NCBI GenBank assembly: GCA_043800755.1
Contig: JAZDMQ010000145.1
Span: forward strand, 1 to 26,557
DNA: 26,557 bases
Reading direction: 5' to 3'
Source: a bacterium
Lineage (GTDB): Bacteria; Methylomirabilota; Methylomirabilia; CAVQYV01
Below are positions 16,636 through 25,074 of the stretch, piece after piece. A model generated the notes under the pieces. That model was given only the letters and a program-made list of their open reading frames with translations, did no database searches and was not told where the DNA came from. The translations under genes and the position numbers were made by a program. Numbering within the stretch: position 1 is the first letter of the stretch; every line of letters starts with the position of its first letter.

Positions 16636-16766
16636 CTTTTTCCCTCCCTTCGTCCTCGATCGTCCCAGGAGCCGCCTTGATCCCCGCTCCACATCCCCCC
16701 GCCCCAGCCGATTACTGCTGGGAATCGCCTCGTGGGTCAAGGACAGCCGCCGCCAAGGAAACACCC

Positions 16767-17459
16767 TCACTTGATCGGTTCCACCTCTTTGTACTGTGAG
16801 GCTGGACCCTTGCAGATGGGGTAGAGCCCCTGAGGAGCTTCCACAAGAGTGGAACCACAATTCTGGCAAACATAGAACCGACTCCCACCCTTCTCGATGG
16901 TGCTCACCAGCACCCCGAACAGCACCCCGGTGCCTGATTTGATCTTTTCGATGAGCGCGCGATGTTGCTTCTCCGCCTTCCAGGCATAGGTGATCTTCTC
17001 TGCGGCGGCCTGGTGTTTTTCGGTCCTGATCTGCTCGAGGTACCGGGGATATCTCTGATCGATCTCCTGTAGCTCCACCTGAGTCGCATCCCTGAGATTC
17101 TCTTTGGTGCTCGAGAGCTTGACCTCCGACTCCGCCTCCTTCGCCTCGGCCCCCAGACCAACTAAGAGTTCCTGGAAATTGCGGGCGTGTACCGATTCGG
17201 AGACGGCAAACGCCGCGAATAGATGGGCGATCTTGGGATAATTCTCGGCGATTGCCTTCTTTCCATAGCTGAGATAGGTGCGATAGGCCTTGGCCTCGTG
17301 TTGGTAGACTTCCTGGAGGACAGCAGCTGTGGTGGGGAATTTGGACTGGGCATGGGCAGAGGGGGTGAGAAGGAAAAGGCCCGAGGCGAGAAGAAGAAAA
17401 ACCCGTTTGAGTCGCGGCGCTCGTGGAGTGGTCCCCTGATTCATCAATCGTCGCATCAC
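16767..17459 (-). CDS. rubrerythrin family protein with N-terminal signal peptide
   Basis: Di-iron motifs HEAKA..Y, SESVH, ELQE...YP, AEKQH. Rubredoxin-like tail YVCQNCG...YPIC. Signal RVFLLLASGLFLLTPSAHA. GGAGG before GTG 17459 / ATG 17456. Confidence 0.85.
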   Translation of the reverse strand: MMRRLMNQGTTPRAPRLKRVFLLLASGLFLLTPSAHAQSKFPTTAAVLQEVYQHEAKAYRTYLSYGKKAIAENYPKIAHLFAAFAVSESVHARNFQELLVGLGAEAKEAESEVKLSSTKENLRDATQVELQEIDQRYPRYLEQIRTEKHQAAAEKITYAWKAEKQHRALIEKIKSGTGVLFGVLVSTIEKGGSRFYVCQNCGSTLVEAPQGLYPICKGPASQYKEVEPIK

Positions 17460-17572
17460 TCTTTGCCTCCCTCCTTACTCTCGAAAAGTTCCAAAGGCCC
17501 AAGACGCCGGGGACGCTACTCCCTCTATGTCACGTGTACCTCCGGCCTTGTGTCGAAGATCGCGCCCGCGCC

Positions 17573-18102
17573 TCAGACCGACTTGAGCAGGTCCTCCCAA
17601 CGTTTGACATGCCCGATCTCGTCGAACCGGTCTTTTTCTATCACCCTGCGCGTCTCTTCATCCCAGTCGACGGACTGCAACAGCTCGCTGTAATGCCGGA
17701 CCGCCCTGATCTCCGCCCATCGGGCGGCCTTGAGGATGGAGCGGGCGCCTCCCAGTCGGGAGCCGAGTCCGATCACCAAGCCGACGAGCCAGAAAGCCCA
17801 CTGCAGGCGGCTTGGTCTCCAGCCGTACTCATAGAGCTTGACTTGGAAGTCCTGTACATGGGTCATCTCGTTTTGCACATGGCCACCAGCATCTGTCGAT
17901 TGAGCTCGGTGGAGGCCTTTGTCAGCTGGCATCGATAGAGATGGACCGCCATGGTTTCGAGATTGTGAAAGGTCAGCAGGGCGGCTTTGATGCCGCCCGA
18001 CTGCCCCGCCGGCACCCCCTCCCCCCGGAATTTGATCTCTTCGATCCTCATCGAAGGCCTGATGATGGAGAGGTCGAATCCCCCGTCGTGGAACTCCTCC
18101 AT
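17573..18102 (-). pseudogene. Coq7/demethoxyubiquinone-hydroxylase-like ferritin-fold di-iron protein, split by a frameshift
   Basis: The 5' frame ends HNLETMAVHLYRCQ...LVAMC and the 3' frame begins NEMTHVQDF...WAEIRAVRHY...DEIGH. They join at TGC-AAAA-CGAG (A4 run 17871-17874). The joined protein has the E/ExxH/E/ExxH pattern. Confidence 0.75.
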
Positions 18103-18159
18103 TGGCGTTCACCCCGTTTTCTCCGCTCTTCCAGCGAGAAATGTACATGACCAGTCCTC

Positions 18160-18188
18160 TTTTTAGCCTTTGTGGCCCCATCTGTCAA
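18160..18188 (-). promoter_or_regulatory. putative sigma70 promoter for the Coq7-like/rubrerythrin/CsgG-like cluster
   Basis: Minus strand TTGACA (18188-18183), 17 bp spacer, TAAAAA (18165-18160). Confidence 0.55.
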
Positions 18189-18241
18189 GACCCCTGTTGC
18201 AGGGATGTATCGGAGGGACCTCCGAGCCGGTTGTCGTCCAA

Positions 18242-18376
18242 TCACCTCCGGAAGGAAGGGCGTCGGAGGTACTTGGGCCTTTTCAAAATCAAGAGATAAG
18301 CCCTGGCTGAAATCACCGCTTTTTCCAGCGTCTCGATGCCGCGCTTCGTTGAGGTTATCCCGTTCCCATTGCGCAT
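18242..18376 (-). CDS. candidate small basic protein (44 aa)
   Basis: AAAGGAGG closely before ATG 18376. MRNGNGITSTKRGIETLEKAVISARAYLLILKRPKYLRRPSFRR*. No family recognised and SD spacing is short. Confidence 0.3.
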   Translation of the reverse strand: MRNGNGITSTKRGIETLEKAVISARAYLLILKRPKYLRRPSFRR

Positions 18377-18781
18377 GGCCTCCTTTCTTTGTTCTGGCAT
18401 CTGCTCCGCATTCCGCGGTCTCGCAGGGGGCGGCGAGACCTCTGGTAACATCTAATGTGCTCCAGTAGTATCAACTGCTTCGCTATGGGGGATCGGAATG
18501 CCGAGGGAGAGGAAGAGGGAGGTGGCCTCCAACGCCCCCTCGGAGAGGGAGAGCCATTTGGTGCTGCGTCACGAAAGAGGCCTGACGCTGTGTTCTGGAG
18601 GGCTATTCCCGGGGGGTCGAGGGTGGGCGGGGTCGGTCCCGGACCCAAGGGACGCCTCATTGGCTGGCGAGGTCAAGGGCAGAGAAGGCGAATTGTGGGA
18701 ATTAGGAAGCGGGAAGACCCGGAGGCATTGCCAAGGGTGCCCTCGGGGAGGTGGACCGAAGCTCGAGAGGGGCCATGGTCT

Positions 18782-19180
18782 TTAACGGCGAGTGGCCTTC
18801 TGGCAGTCGACGGGAAGGAGAATGCCCCTCAGCCTGGGCCTGAGGGAATTCCCACCAACCAGGCCCACCAGCACCCCCAGACTGTTGGCCAAAGCATCGA
18901 TAAACGAGGCAATGCGACCGGGGAGATAAGATTGCCCTGCCTCCAGCAGCATTCCCAGGATCAGCATGGAGAGGGCAGCAGCCACGGCGACCTTGCGCGT
19001 GCGCAACCCGACCATGGGCAATGTGGCCAGCCAGGCATAGGCCGCAAAATGGTAGAGCTTATCCGCATTCCAGAAATCAACGGGCACTTCTAAGTGGGGA
19101 ATCAGCGAGTAATAGCATACCGCGCCGACCGAAACCGCCCACACCACGAGCACGCTGCCTGTCCAGACCCCCCTGTTCAC
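18782..19180 (-). CDS. VanZ-like family membrane protein
   Basis: YSLIP, DKLYHFAAY, LEAGQSYLPGR.AS..D..AN..G. GTG 19180 is the likely start (the track extends to 19234). Confidence 0.8.
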   Translation of the reverse strand: MNRGVWTGSVLVVWAVSVGAVCYYSLIPHLEVPVDFWNADKLYHFAAYAWLATLPMVGLRTRKVAVAAALSMLILGMLLEAGQSYLPGRIASFIDALANSLGVLVGLVGGNSLRPRLRGILLPVDCQKATRR

Positions 19181-19197
19181 TATTTTCAGCCTTTCTC

Positions 19198-19654
19198 TCA
19201 CCGGAGGACTGCGTTGAAGAAGAAGAATGTGCACCCTGAAGCGGTCGCCAGGCCGAGATGATAGAGGGGCCCCTTTCTGGTCAAGACCGCTACCGAGGAG
19301 AGCATGATCGCGATCTGCAGGAAGATGAGGCTGTGGCCGAAGTTCCCCGCGCGCCTCTGAGCCACCTCTTTCCCCTCCGCCAGCTCCTTTGCCTTGGCCC
19401 CGATCTCCTCTTCTTCCTTTTGGTATCGCTTGATCGGCTGATCGTAATCGCCGATGATCCGCCGATACCGGTCGAGGATCGCCCGGGGCAATCTCCGGGC
19501 GTCCCTCAGGGTCGTCAACTCCAATTCCTGTTTCTGGATCTCATAGATAAGGGTATTTTCCGGCATAAAGCGCGGTGATGGCCGCAAAGACCGCCGGGAT
19601 CGGCGTGGTGAGGGCAACCCAGGTCATCCAAGCTTCAGGTATCCCATCCGACAT
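19198..19654 (-). pseudogene. DUF4337 family membrane protein with internal deletion/frameshift
   Basis: GAGGAGG then ATG 19654 gives MSDGIPEAWMTWVALTTPIPAVFAAITALYAGKY then a stop. A second frame gives YEIQKQELEL...YQKEEEEIGAKAKEL...FGHSLIFLQIAIMLSSVAVLT. The family's W.YYQAKS.K segment is missing. Confidence 0.7.
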
Positions 19655-19718
19655 AGGCAATGACCTCCTCTTTCTTGAGATTTCTATTTAGACGATGAGA
19701 CGGTGGTTAAAGCCGCGC

Positions 19719-20291
19719 TCAAGGCCGGTCGAAGAAGATGTTCTTCGCCGAGACGGAGAGAGGCAGGGCGATGATCAGGTCGGCGTCCAGGAGGCCCAAG
19801 ATCCGGGCCGCCACCCCTGCCGAGTACATCAGGCGATTGTCCATGTTCAGCTCCGCTGCCATCTTGGCGGCCACGCCCAGGGCGATGCCCAGATCCATGA
19901 CCTGAAAGGCGCAGAGCGGGCCGACGAAGTCTTCCCCTTCCTTCTTCTCCGCCGCGATGAGGGCGGCGCAGGAGGGATAGCCACAGGCCCCGCAGTTGAA
20001 AGGCATCTCCGGCTTCTTGGGCATCGTCCCCTTGACGCCGATGAGGATCACCGCAGCCGATCTGCGGATGTTCTGGGCGTCCCGCTTGAAGAACTCCAGC
20101 CTGGTCTCCTTCTTGGAGACATGATCCTCCATGGCCTTGGCCAGGCCTTCTTGCTCCTCACCCTGAATCAGGGCCGAAGAGATGTCGCTCACCCCCCGCC
20201 CCTTGGGCGAGGTGGCCACCGCCACCATGATCAACCTCGCCGCAGCGAGGACGGCCTCTTGCTCCGCCTGGGTTGAAGATGTGATGCTCAT
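19719..20291 (-). CDS. DUF2148 ferredoxin-domain-containing protein
   Basis: TSPKGRG, FFKRDAQNI, NCGACGYPSC, GPLC....DLGIALG, DNRLMYSAG, LSVSAKNIFFDR. GGAGGAGG RBS. Confidence 0.85.
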   Translation of the reverse strand: MSITSSTQAEQEAVLAAARLIMVAVATSPKGRGVSDISSALIQGEEQEGLAKAMEDHVSKKETRLEFFKRDAQNIRRSAAVILIGVKGTMPKKPEMPFNCGACGYPSCAALIAAEKKEGEDFVGPLCAFQVMDLGIALGVAAKMAAELNMDNRLMYSAGVAARILGLLDADLIIALPLSVSAKNIFFDRP

Positions 20292-20400
20292 GCTAATGCC
20301 TCCTCCACAAGAGGCGCGCCCAGCCCGCCGCGCCTATCCTGCCGCCGAAGAATGCTCAAAGAGATGTACCGCCGCTCCAGGGGGCTGAGTTCGACCTTCC

Positions 20401-23400
20401 TCAATCCTGTCCCTCAGCGGCCGCGACCCCTCCCTCGGGGGCCGATTTTCGGGCACGAGAGCGAGACCTACGTCTTCCCACCCTGTCCCGGAGCGATTCC
20501 ATGTAGGTATAGAAGACGGGGGTGATGTAGAGGGTCAGCAATTGGGAGACGAGCAAGCCTCCCACCACGGCCAGACCCAGGCCCTGCCGCGCTTCCCCTC
20601 CAGCCCCATAACCCAAGGCGATGGGTAAAGTGCCCACGAGGGCGGACATGGTGGTCATCATGATGGGACGGAATCGCACCACGCACGCCTCTTGAATGGC
20701 ATCGAAAGGATTCTTTCCTTCCTTTCTCTGGGCATCCAGGGCGAAATCGATCATGATGATACCGTTCTTCTTCACCAGACCTACCAGCATGATGATCCCC
20801 ACAAAGGCATAAAGGTTCAGATCCATGCGAAAAATCAGCAAGGTCAACAAGGCGCCAAACCCTGCCGCTGGTAGACCGGAAAGGATCGTCAATGGGTGAA
20901 GGAAGCTCTCGTAGAGAATGCCCAGCACCAGATAGATGACCAGGATGGCCATGATCAGCAGGATCCACAGATTTCTCATGGAGGATTGAAATGCCTGGGC
21001 CATGCCTTGAAAGCTCGTGCTGATGGTGGGCGGCAAAGTACTACGGGCCAGTTTCTCTACCGCGGCAACCGCATCGCCCAGGGAGAGGCCTGGTTTGAGG
21101 TTAAAGGAGATAGTGACCGCAGGAAGTTGGCCCAGGTGATTTACGGTCAAAGGCCCCAGACCCGTGGTCAGATTCGCCACTGCATTCAAAGGCACGAGTT
21201 GACCCTTGGAGGAGCGAACGTAAAGCAGGGATAGGGCCGAGGGGTCCAGCTGGTATTGGGGCAAGAGCTCCATGATCACCATATACTGATTATCGGGCGC
21301 ATAGATGGTCGAGATCTGACGGGTTCCATAAGAGGTGTAGAGGGCATCTTCGATCTGCTCCGCCGTGACCCCGAGGGCAGCCGCCTTGTCCCGGTCGATC
21401 TCGACATTGACCTGAGGGTTCTTGATCTGCAGGTCAGAGGTCACATCCTGAAGCCCAGGCAGTGCCCGCATCTTCTCCTCGAGCATGGGAGCATATCGGT
21501 AAAGCTCCTCGGTATCCGGATCCTGTAGGGTTAACTGATATACGCTCTTGGTAAGCTGTCCCCCGATCCGGATGGGGGGAAGATTTTGCAGGAACACCTG
21601 GATTCCGGGAATTCCGACCACTTTCTTCCTAAACTCCTGAATAATGGCGTCCGCGTGTAATTTGCGCTCAGAACGAGGTTTCAAGCGAACGAAGACTCGA
21701 CCGCTATTGGCCGCCACCCAGTTGCCACTGGCCCCAATGCTGGAGAACACGGAGGCAATGTTGGGATCCTTCCGGATGGCCTCGACGACGAGCTGCTGGT
21801 GTCGCGCCATGTCGTCAAAGGAAATTCCCTGGACCGCCTCCGTGAAGCCAAAGATGGCGCCAGTATCCTCGTTCGGAAGGAATCCCGTCGGAACCTTGAC
21901 GAAGAGGTATCCCGTGGCGACGAGAGTGACAGCCATAATGACCATAGTCGCCCGGCGATGCTTCAATACCCCTTTCAGGCTCCAGCCGTAAAAATCGAGC
22001 ATTCCTTGAAAGACTCGCTCGGAGGCGGCATATAGGCGACTATGTTTCTCCCCGCTGGGCGGCCGCAGGAAACGGCTGCATAGCAATGGGGTAAGGCTCA
22101 AGGAGACCACGCCGGAGACCAAAATGGCCACGCTGATCGTCACGGCGAATTCGTTGAGCAGCCGCCCCAGGATACCCCCCATGAAGAGGACCGGGATGAA
22201 AACCGCCACCAGGGAAAGGGTCATGGAAACGATCGTGAACCCAACCTCTTTGGACCCGTTCAGGGCCGCCTGCAATGGTTTCTCCCCTTGTTCCATGTGC
22301 CGCACGATATTCTCCAACATAACGATCGCGTCATCCACCACGAAGCCCACCGAGAGAATCAAAGCCATCAGGGAGAGGTTATCGAGGCTGTAGCCCAGAA
22401 GATACATGGCCGTGAAGGTGCCGACGATCGAGAAAGGCAGCGCCAGGCTGGGAATCAGGGTAGCGGAGAGGTTGCGCAGAAAGAGAAAGATCACCATGAT
22501 GACCAGGCCGATCGCCAAAAAGAGGGTGAACTTGACATCTCTAACCGACTCGCGGATCGATACGGAGCGATCATAGACGGTGTCCAAGTAAATCGAGGCC
22601 GGAAGCTGCGCCCGGAATGTGGGCAGGAGTTTCTGAATCGCATCCACCACTGCCACCGTGTTGGTGCCCGGCTGGCGTTGGATGGCCAGGATGATGGCGC
22701 GGGTGTCATTGTACCAGCTGGCCACTTTGTCGTTCTCCACACTGTCGATGACTCTTCCCAGCTCTTCCAGCCTCACAGGCTGACCGTTGCGGTAGGCCAC
22801 GATCAAAGGACGGTAAGCAGCCGCCTCAGTGAGCTGACCATTGGCCTGTACCGTAAAGGCCCTGTGATCTCCCTGCAGGGTTCCGGTAGGCAGGTTCACA
22901 TTCCCTTTTGCCACGGCAGAGGCCACCTCGTCGATTCCGATCCCGCGAGAAGCCAGGACCTCAGGATCAAGCTGGACCCGAACCGCATATTTCTGCGATC
23001 CTAAGAGCTGAACCTGGGCCACACCACTGATCATGGAAATGCGCGGGGCAATAAAAGCATGTGCATATTCATTTACAGTGGACAGTCGAAGGGTGGGCGA
23101 GCTCAGACTCAGATAAAGAACGGGTTGGTCGGCGGGATTCACCTTCTGGTAAGAGGGAGGCGTGGGCATATCCTGGGGGAGTTGCTTTGCGGCCTTGGTG
23201 ATGGCCGCCTGAACATCCTGAGCGGCAGCATCGATGTTCCGATCCAGACTGAACTGGAGGGTGATCAAAGTCACCCCCAGGCCGTTGGTGGAGGTCATGG
23301 AGTCCAGGCCAGCGATGGTAGAAAATTGCCGCTCCAGGGGGATCGCCACCGCCGAGGCCATCGTTTCCGGGCTGGCTCCAGGCAGGCTGGCAGTCACCAG

Positions 23401-23607
23401 GAGGGTGGGAAAATCCACATTCGGCAGGTCACTCACCGGCAAGACCCGATAGGCAATGACCCCAAATAGCAGGATGCCCAGCATGACGAGGGTGGTCATG
23501 ACCGGCCGGCGAATGAAGAGCTCTGCGATGTTGAAGCCCTCCCTCGCGATCAGGGAGGGCTCTTTTCGGGTAGGATTTTTGGGGCTCATTCGGTTTGGTT
23601 CGTTCAC
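20401..23607 (-). CDS. RND efflux permease, MdtB/MdtC-like
   Basis: NIAELFIRRPVMTTL, LPVSDLPNVDFPT, PGASPETMASAVA.PLERQF, KVNPADQP, VGFVVDDAIVMLENI, GLVKKNGIIMIDFA, RFRPIMMTT. Start uncertain (GTG 23607 or ATG 23589). Confidence 0.93.
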   Translation of the reverse strand: MNEPNRMSPKNPTRKEPSLIAREGFNIAELFIRRPVMTTLVMLGILLFGVIAYRVLPVSDLPNVDFPTLLVTASLPGASPETMASAVAIPLERQFSTIAGLDSMTSTNGLGVTLITLQFSLDRNIDAAAQDVQAAITKAAKQLPQDMPTPPSYQKVNPADQPVLYLSLSSPTLRLSTVNEYAHAFIAPRISMISGVAQVQLLGSQKYAVRVQLDPEVLASRGIGIDEVASAVAKGNVNLPTGTLQGDHRAFTVQANGQLTEAAAYRPLIVAYRNGQPVRLEELGRVIDSVENDKVASWYNDTRAIILAIQRQPGTNTVAVVDAIQKLLPTFRAQLPASIYLDTVYDRSVSIRESVRDVKFTLFLAIGLVIMVIFLFLRNLSATLIPSLALPFSIVGTFTAMYLLGYSLDNLSLMALILSVGFVVDDAIVMLENIVRHMEQGEKPLQAALNGSKEVGFTIVSMTLSLVAVFIPVLFMGGILGRLLNEFAVTISVAILVSGVVSLSLTPLLCSRFLRPPSGEKHSRLYAASERVFQGMLDFYGWSLKGVLKHRRATMVIMAVTLVATGYLFVKVPTGFLPNEDTGAIFGFTEAVQGISFDDMARHQQLVVEAIRKDPNIASVFSSIGASGNWVAANSGRVFVRLKPRSERKLHADAIIQEFRKKVVGIPGIQVFLQNLPPIRIGGQLTKSVYQLTLQDPDTEELYRYAPMLEEKMRALPGLQDVTSDLQIKNPQVNVEIDRDKAAALGVTAEQIEDALYTSYGTRQISTIYAPDNQYMVIMELLPQYQLDPSALSLLYVRSSKGQLVPLNAVANLTTGLGPLTVNHLGQLPAVTISFNLKPGLSLGDAVAAVEKLARSTLPPTISTSFQGMAQAFQSSMRNLWILLIMAILVIYLVLGILYESFLHPLTILSGLPAAGFGALLTLLIFRMDLNLYAFVGIIMLVGLVKKNGIIMIDFALDAQRKEGKNPFDAIQEACVVRFRPIMMTTMSALVGTLPIALGYGAGGEARQGLGLAVVGGLLVSQLLTLYITPVFYTYMESLRDRVGRRRSRSRARKSAPEGGVAAAEGQD

Positions 23608-23646
23608 CCAAAGCCTGGCGGCGGGGGTGGAGCTTGCAGCGGGGCT

Positions 23647-24891
23647 TTAAGTGCGGCTTTCCTTGTTACCTTCCGGGGTGTTCTTCACCTCGACCTTCGC
23701 GCCCGGGACAAGCCGAAGCTGACCGTCCGTTACTACCTTCTCGCCAGGCTGTACCCCCTTCTCGATCACCGTTTCCCCATTCAGGGTTGCACCGACGGTT
23801 ACCGGCCGCACTTCTGCGGAAAGGTCGGGCTTGACCACGAAGACAAATTGCCCATTCTGCCCAGCTTGAACTGCCTGGGCTGGCACCAATATGGCGTCTT
23901 GCTGTATGGCCAGAGTCAGATTCGCCCGGACAAACTGCCCCGGCCAAAGCCGCTTTTCCTTATTGACAAAGCTTGCCTTGAGGCGGATCGTCCCGGTGGA
24001 GCGGTCCACGGCGTTGTCCACGAAAGTAATGAGGCCGGCTTCCGGGTTTCCCTGGTCATTGGGTAGGATGGCTTCTACCGTGAGTTTTCCCGCGGCCATA
24101 CGCCTCTTGATTTCCGACAAGCTCTGCTCGGGAACGGAAAGGTTCACGTAGATGGGGTGGATCTGGTTGATAGTCACCAGGGCCTGGCTGTCATTGCCCT
24201 TGACCAGATTGCCCTGATTGACCATGAGGCTCCCGGCGCGTCCATCCATGGGAGAACGGATGGAGCAATATCCCAGTTCAATTCTTGCATTGTCCAGGGC
24301 GGCTCTATCGGCGCGGACGGCTGCTTCCGCACTCTCTATGGCCGATTGATCCGCGCGAATGGCCTCCGTCAAGGCATCCACATTGGTGCGGGCCAGGTCA
24401 TATTGTTCCTGGGAGGCAATGCCTTCTTTGATCAGATCCGCATAGCGACGGGCCACCCCTTCCACATTCTTCAGCAGGGCCCGATCTTTCGCCAGGTTGG
24501 CTTCCGCCTGCCGGACCTGAGCGAGGTTTCTGGCCAGGTTGGCCTCGGCTCGCTTGAGGTCAGCCTCAAAGGGACGGGCATCAATGGTAAAGAGGAGATC
24601 GCCCTTCCTCACCTCCTGCCCCTCCTTGAAATAGACGCCGGTCAGCACTCCGTTGATCTGGGCCTTGACCAATACGGTGGAATAGGCTTCCACCGTCCCG
24701 ATGGTGCGCACCTGGACCGGGGCTGCCTTTTGAATTACCTCTGCCACGGTCACCGGCACGGCCGACTTCACCTTGGGCTCCTCCGTCTTGCCGCTGGAGC
24801 AAGCTGAGAGCAAGGTCAGGCCAATGAGCCAGCAACCGAGGCCTCCTGCAGCAACGGACTTTGGACGCACAAGGATTCTTTTAATCATCAT
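23647..24891 (-). CDS. RND efflux periplasmic adaptor (MdtA-like) lipoprotein
   Basis: Lipobox LLSAC, IGTVEAYSTVLVKAQING, EGQEVRKGDLLFTID, DNAVDRSTGTIRLKA, LWPGQFV, GEKVVTDGQLRL. Start uncertain (ATG 24891/24888 or TTG 24933). Confidence 0.92.
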   Translation of the reverse strand: MMIKRILVRPKSVAAGGLGCWLIGLTLLSACSSGKTEEPKVKSAVPVTVAEVIQKAAPVQVRTIGTVEAYSTVLVKAQINGVLTGVYFKEGQEVRKGDLLFTIDARPFEADLKRAEANLARNLAQVRQAEANLAKDRALLKNVEGVARRYADLIKEGIASQEQYDLARTNVDALTEAIRADQSAIESAEAAVRADRAALDNARIELGYCSIRSPMDGRAGSLMVNQGNLVKGNDSQALVTINQIHPIYVNLSVPEQSLSEIKRRMAAGKLTVEAILPNDQGNPEAGLITFVDNAVDRSTGTIRLKASFVNKEKRLWPGQFVRANLTLAIQQDAILVPAQAVQAGQNGQFVFVVKPDLSAEVRPVTVGATLNGETVIEKGVQPGEKVVTDGQLRLVPGAKVEVKNTPEGNKESRT

Positions 24892-24976
24892 ATTTGCCCG
24901 GAACGCGATTTCTCTTCGAAGCCAGCGAGGCAAAGGGTTCTGATCCTCGCAAGACCTCCCTCCCGAATCTTTTTTG

Positions 24977-25002
24977 ATACCATGACCTTGCCCTCTCTAC
25001 AA
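24977..25002 (-). promoter_or_regulatory. possible sigma70 promoter for the mdtA-like operon
   Basis: Minus strand TTGTAG, 17 bp spacer, TATCAA with a TG extension. Coordinates approximate. Confidence 0.3.
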
Positions 25003-25074
25003 CCCCAAAGCCCCCGCGAAATCCCCCGGTTGCTTACTTCATTGCCAAAGGTCGGGAGGAAGGCCGCCAAGCCC

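Noticed and set aside
16636..17502. N-terminal ~290 aa of the 490-aa ORF 16030..17502
   Set aside because: Overlaps rubrerythrin in another frame and looks random. The real gene starts at GTG 16635 with an SD and signal peptide.
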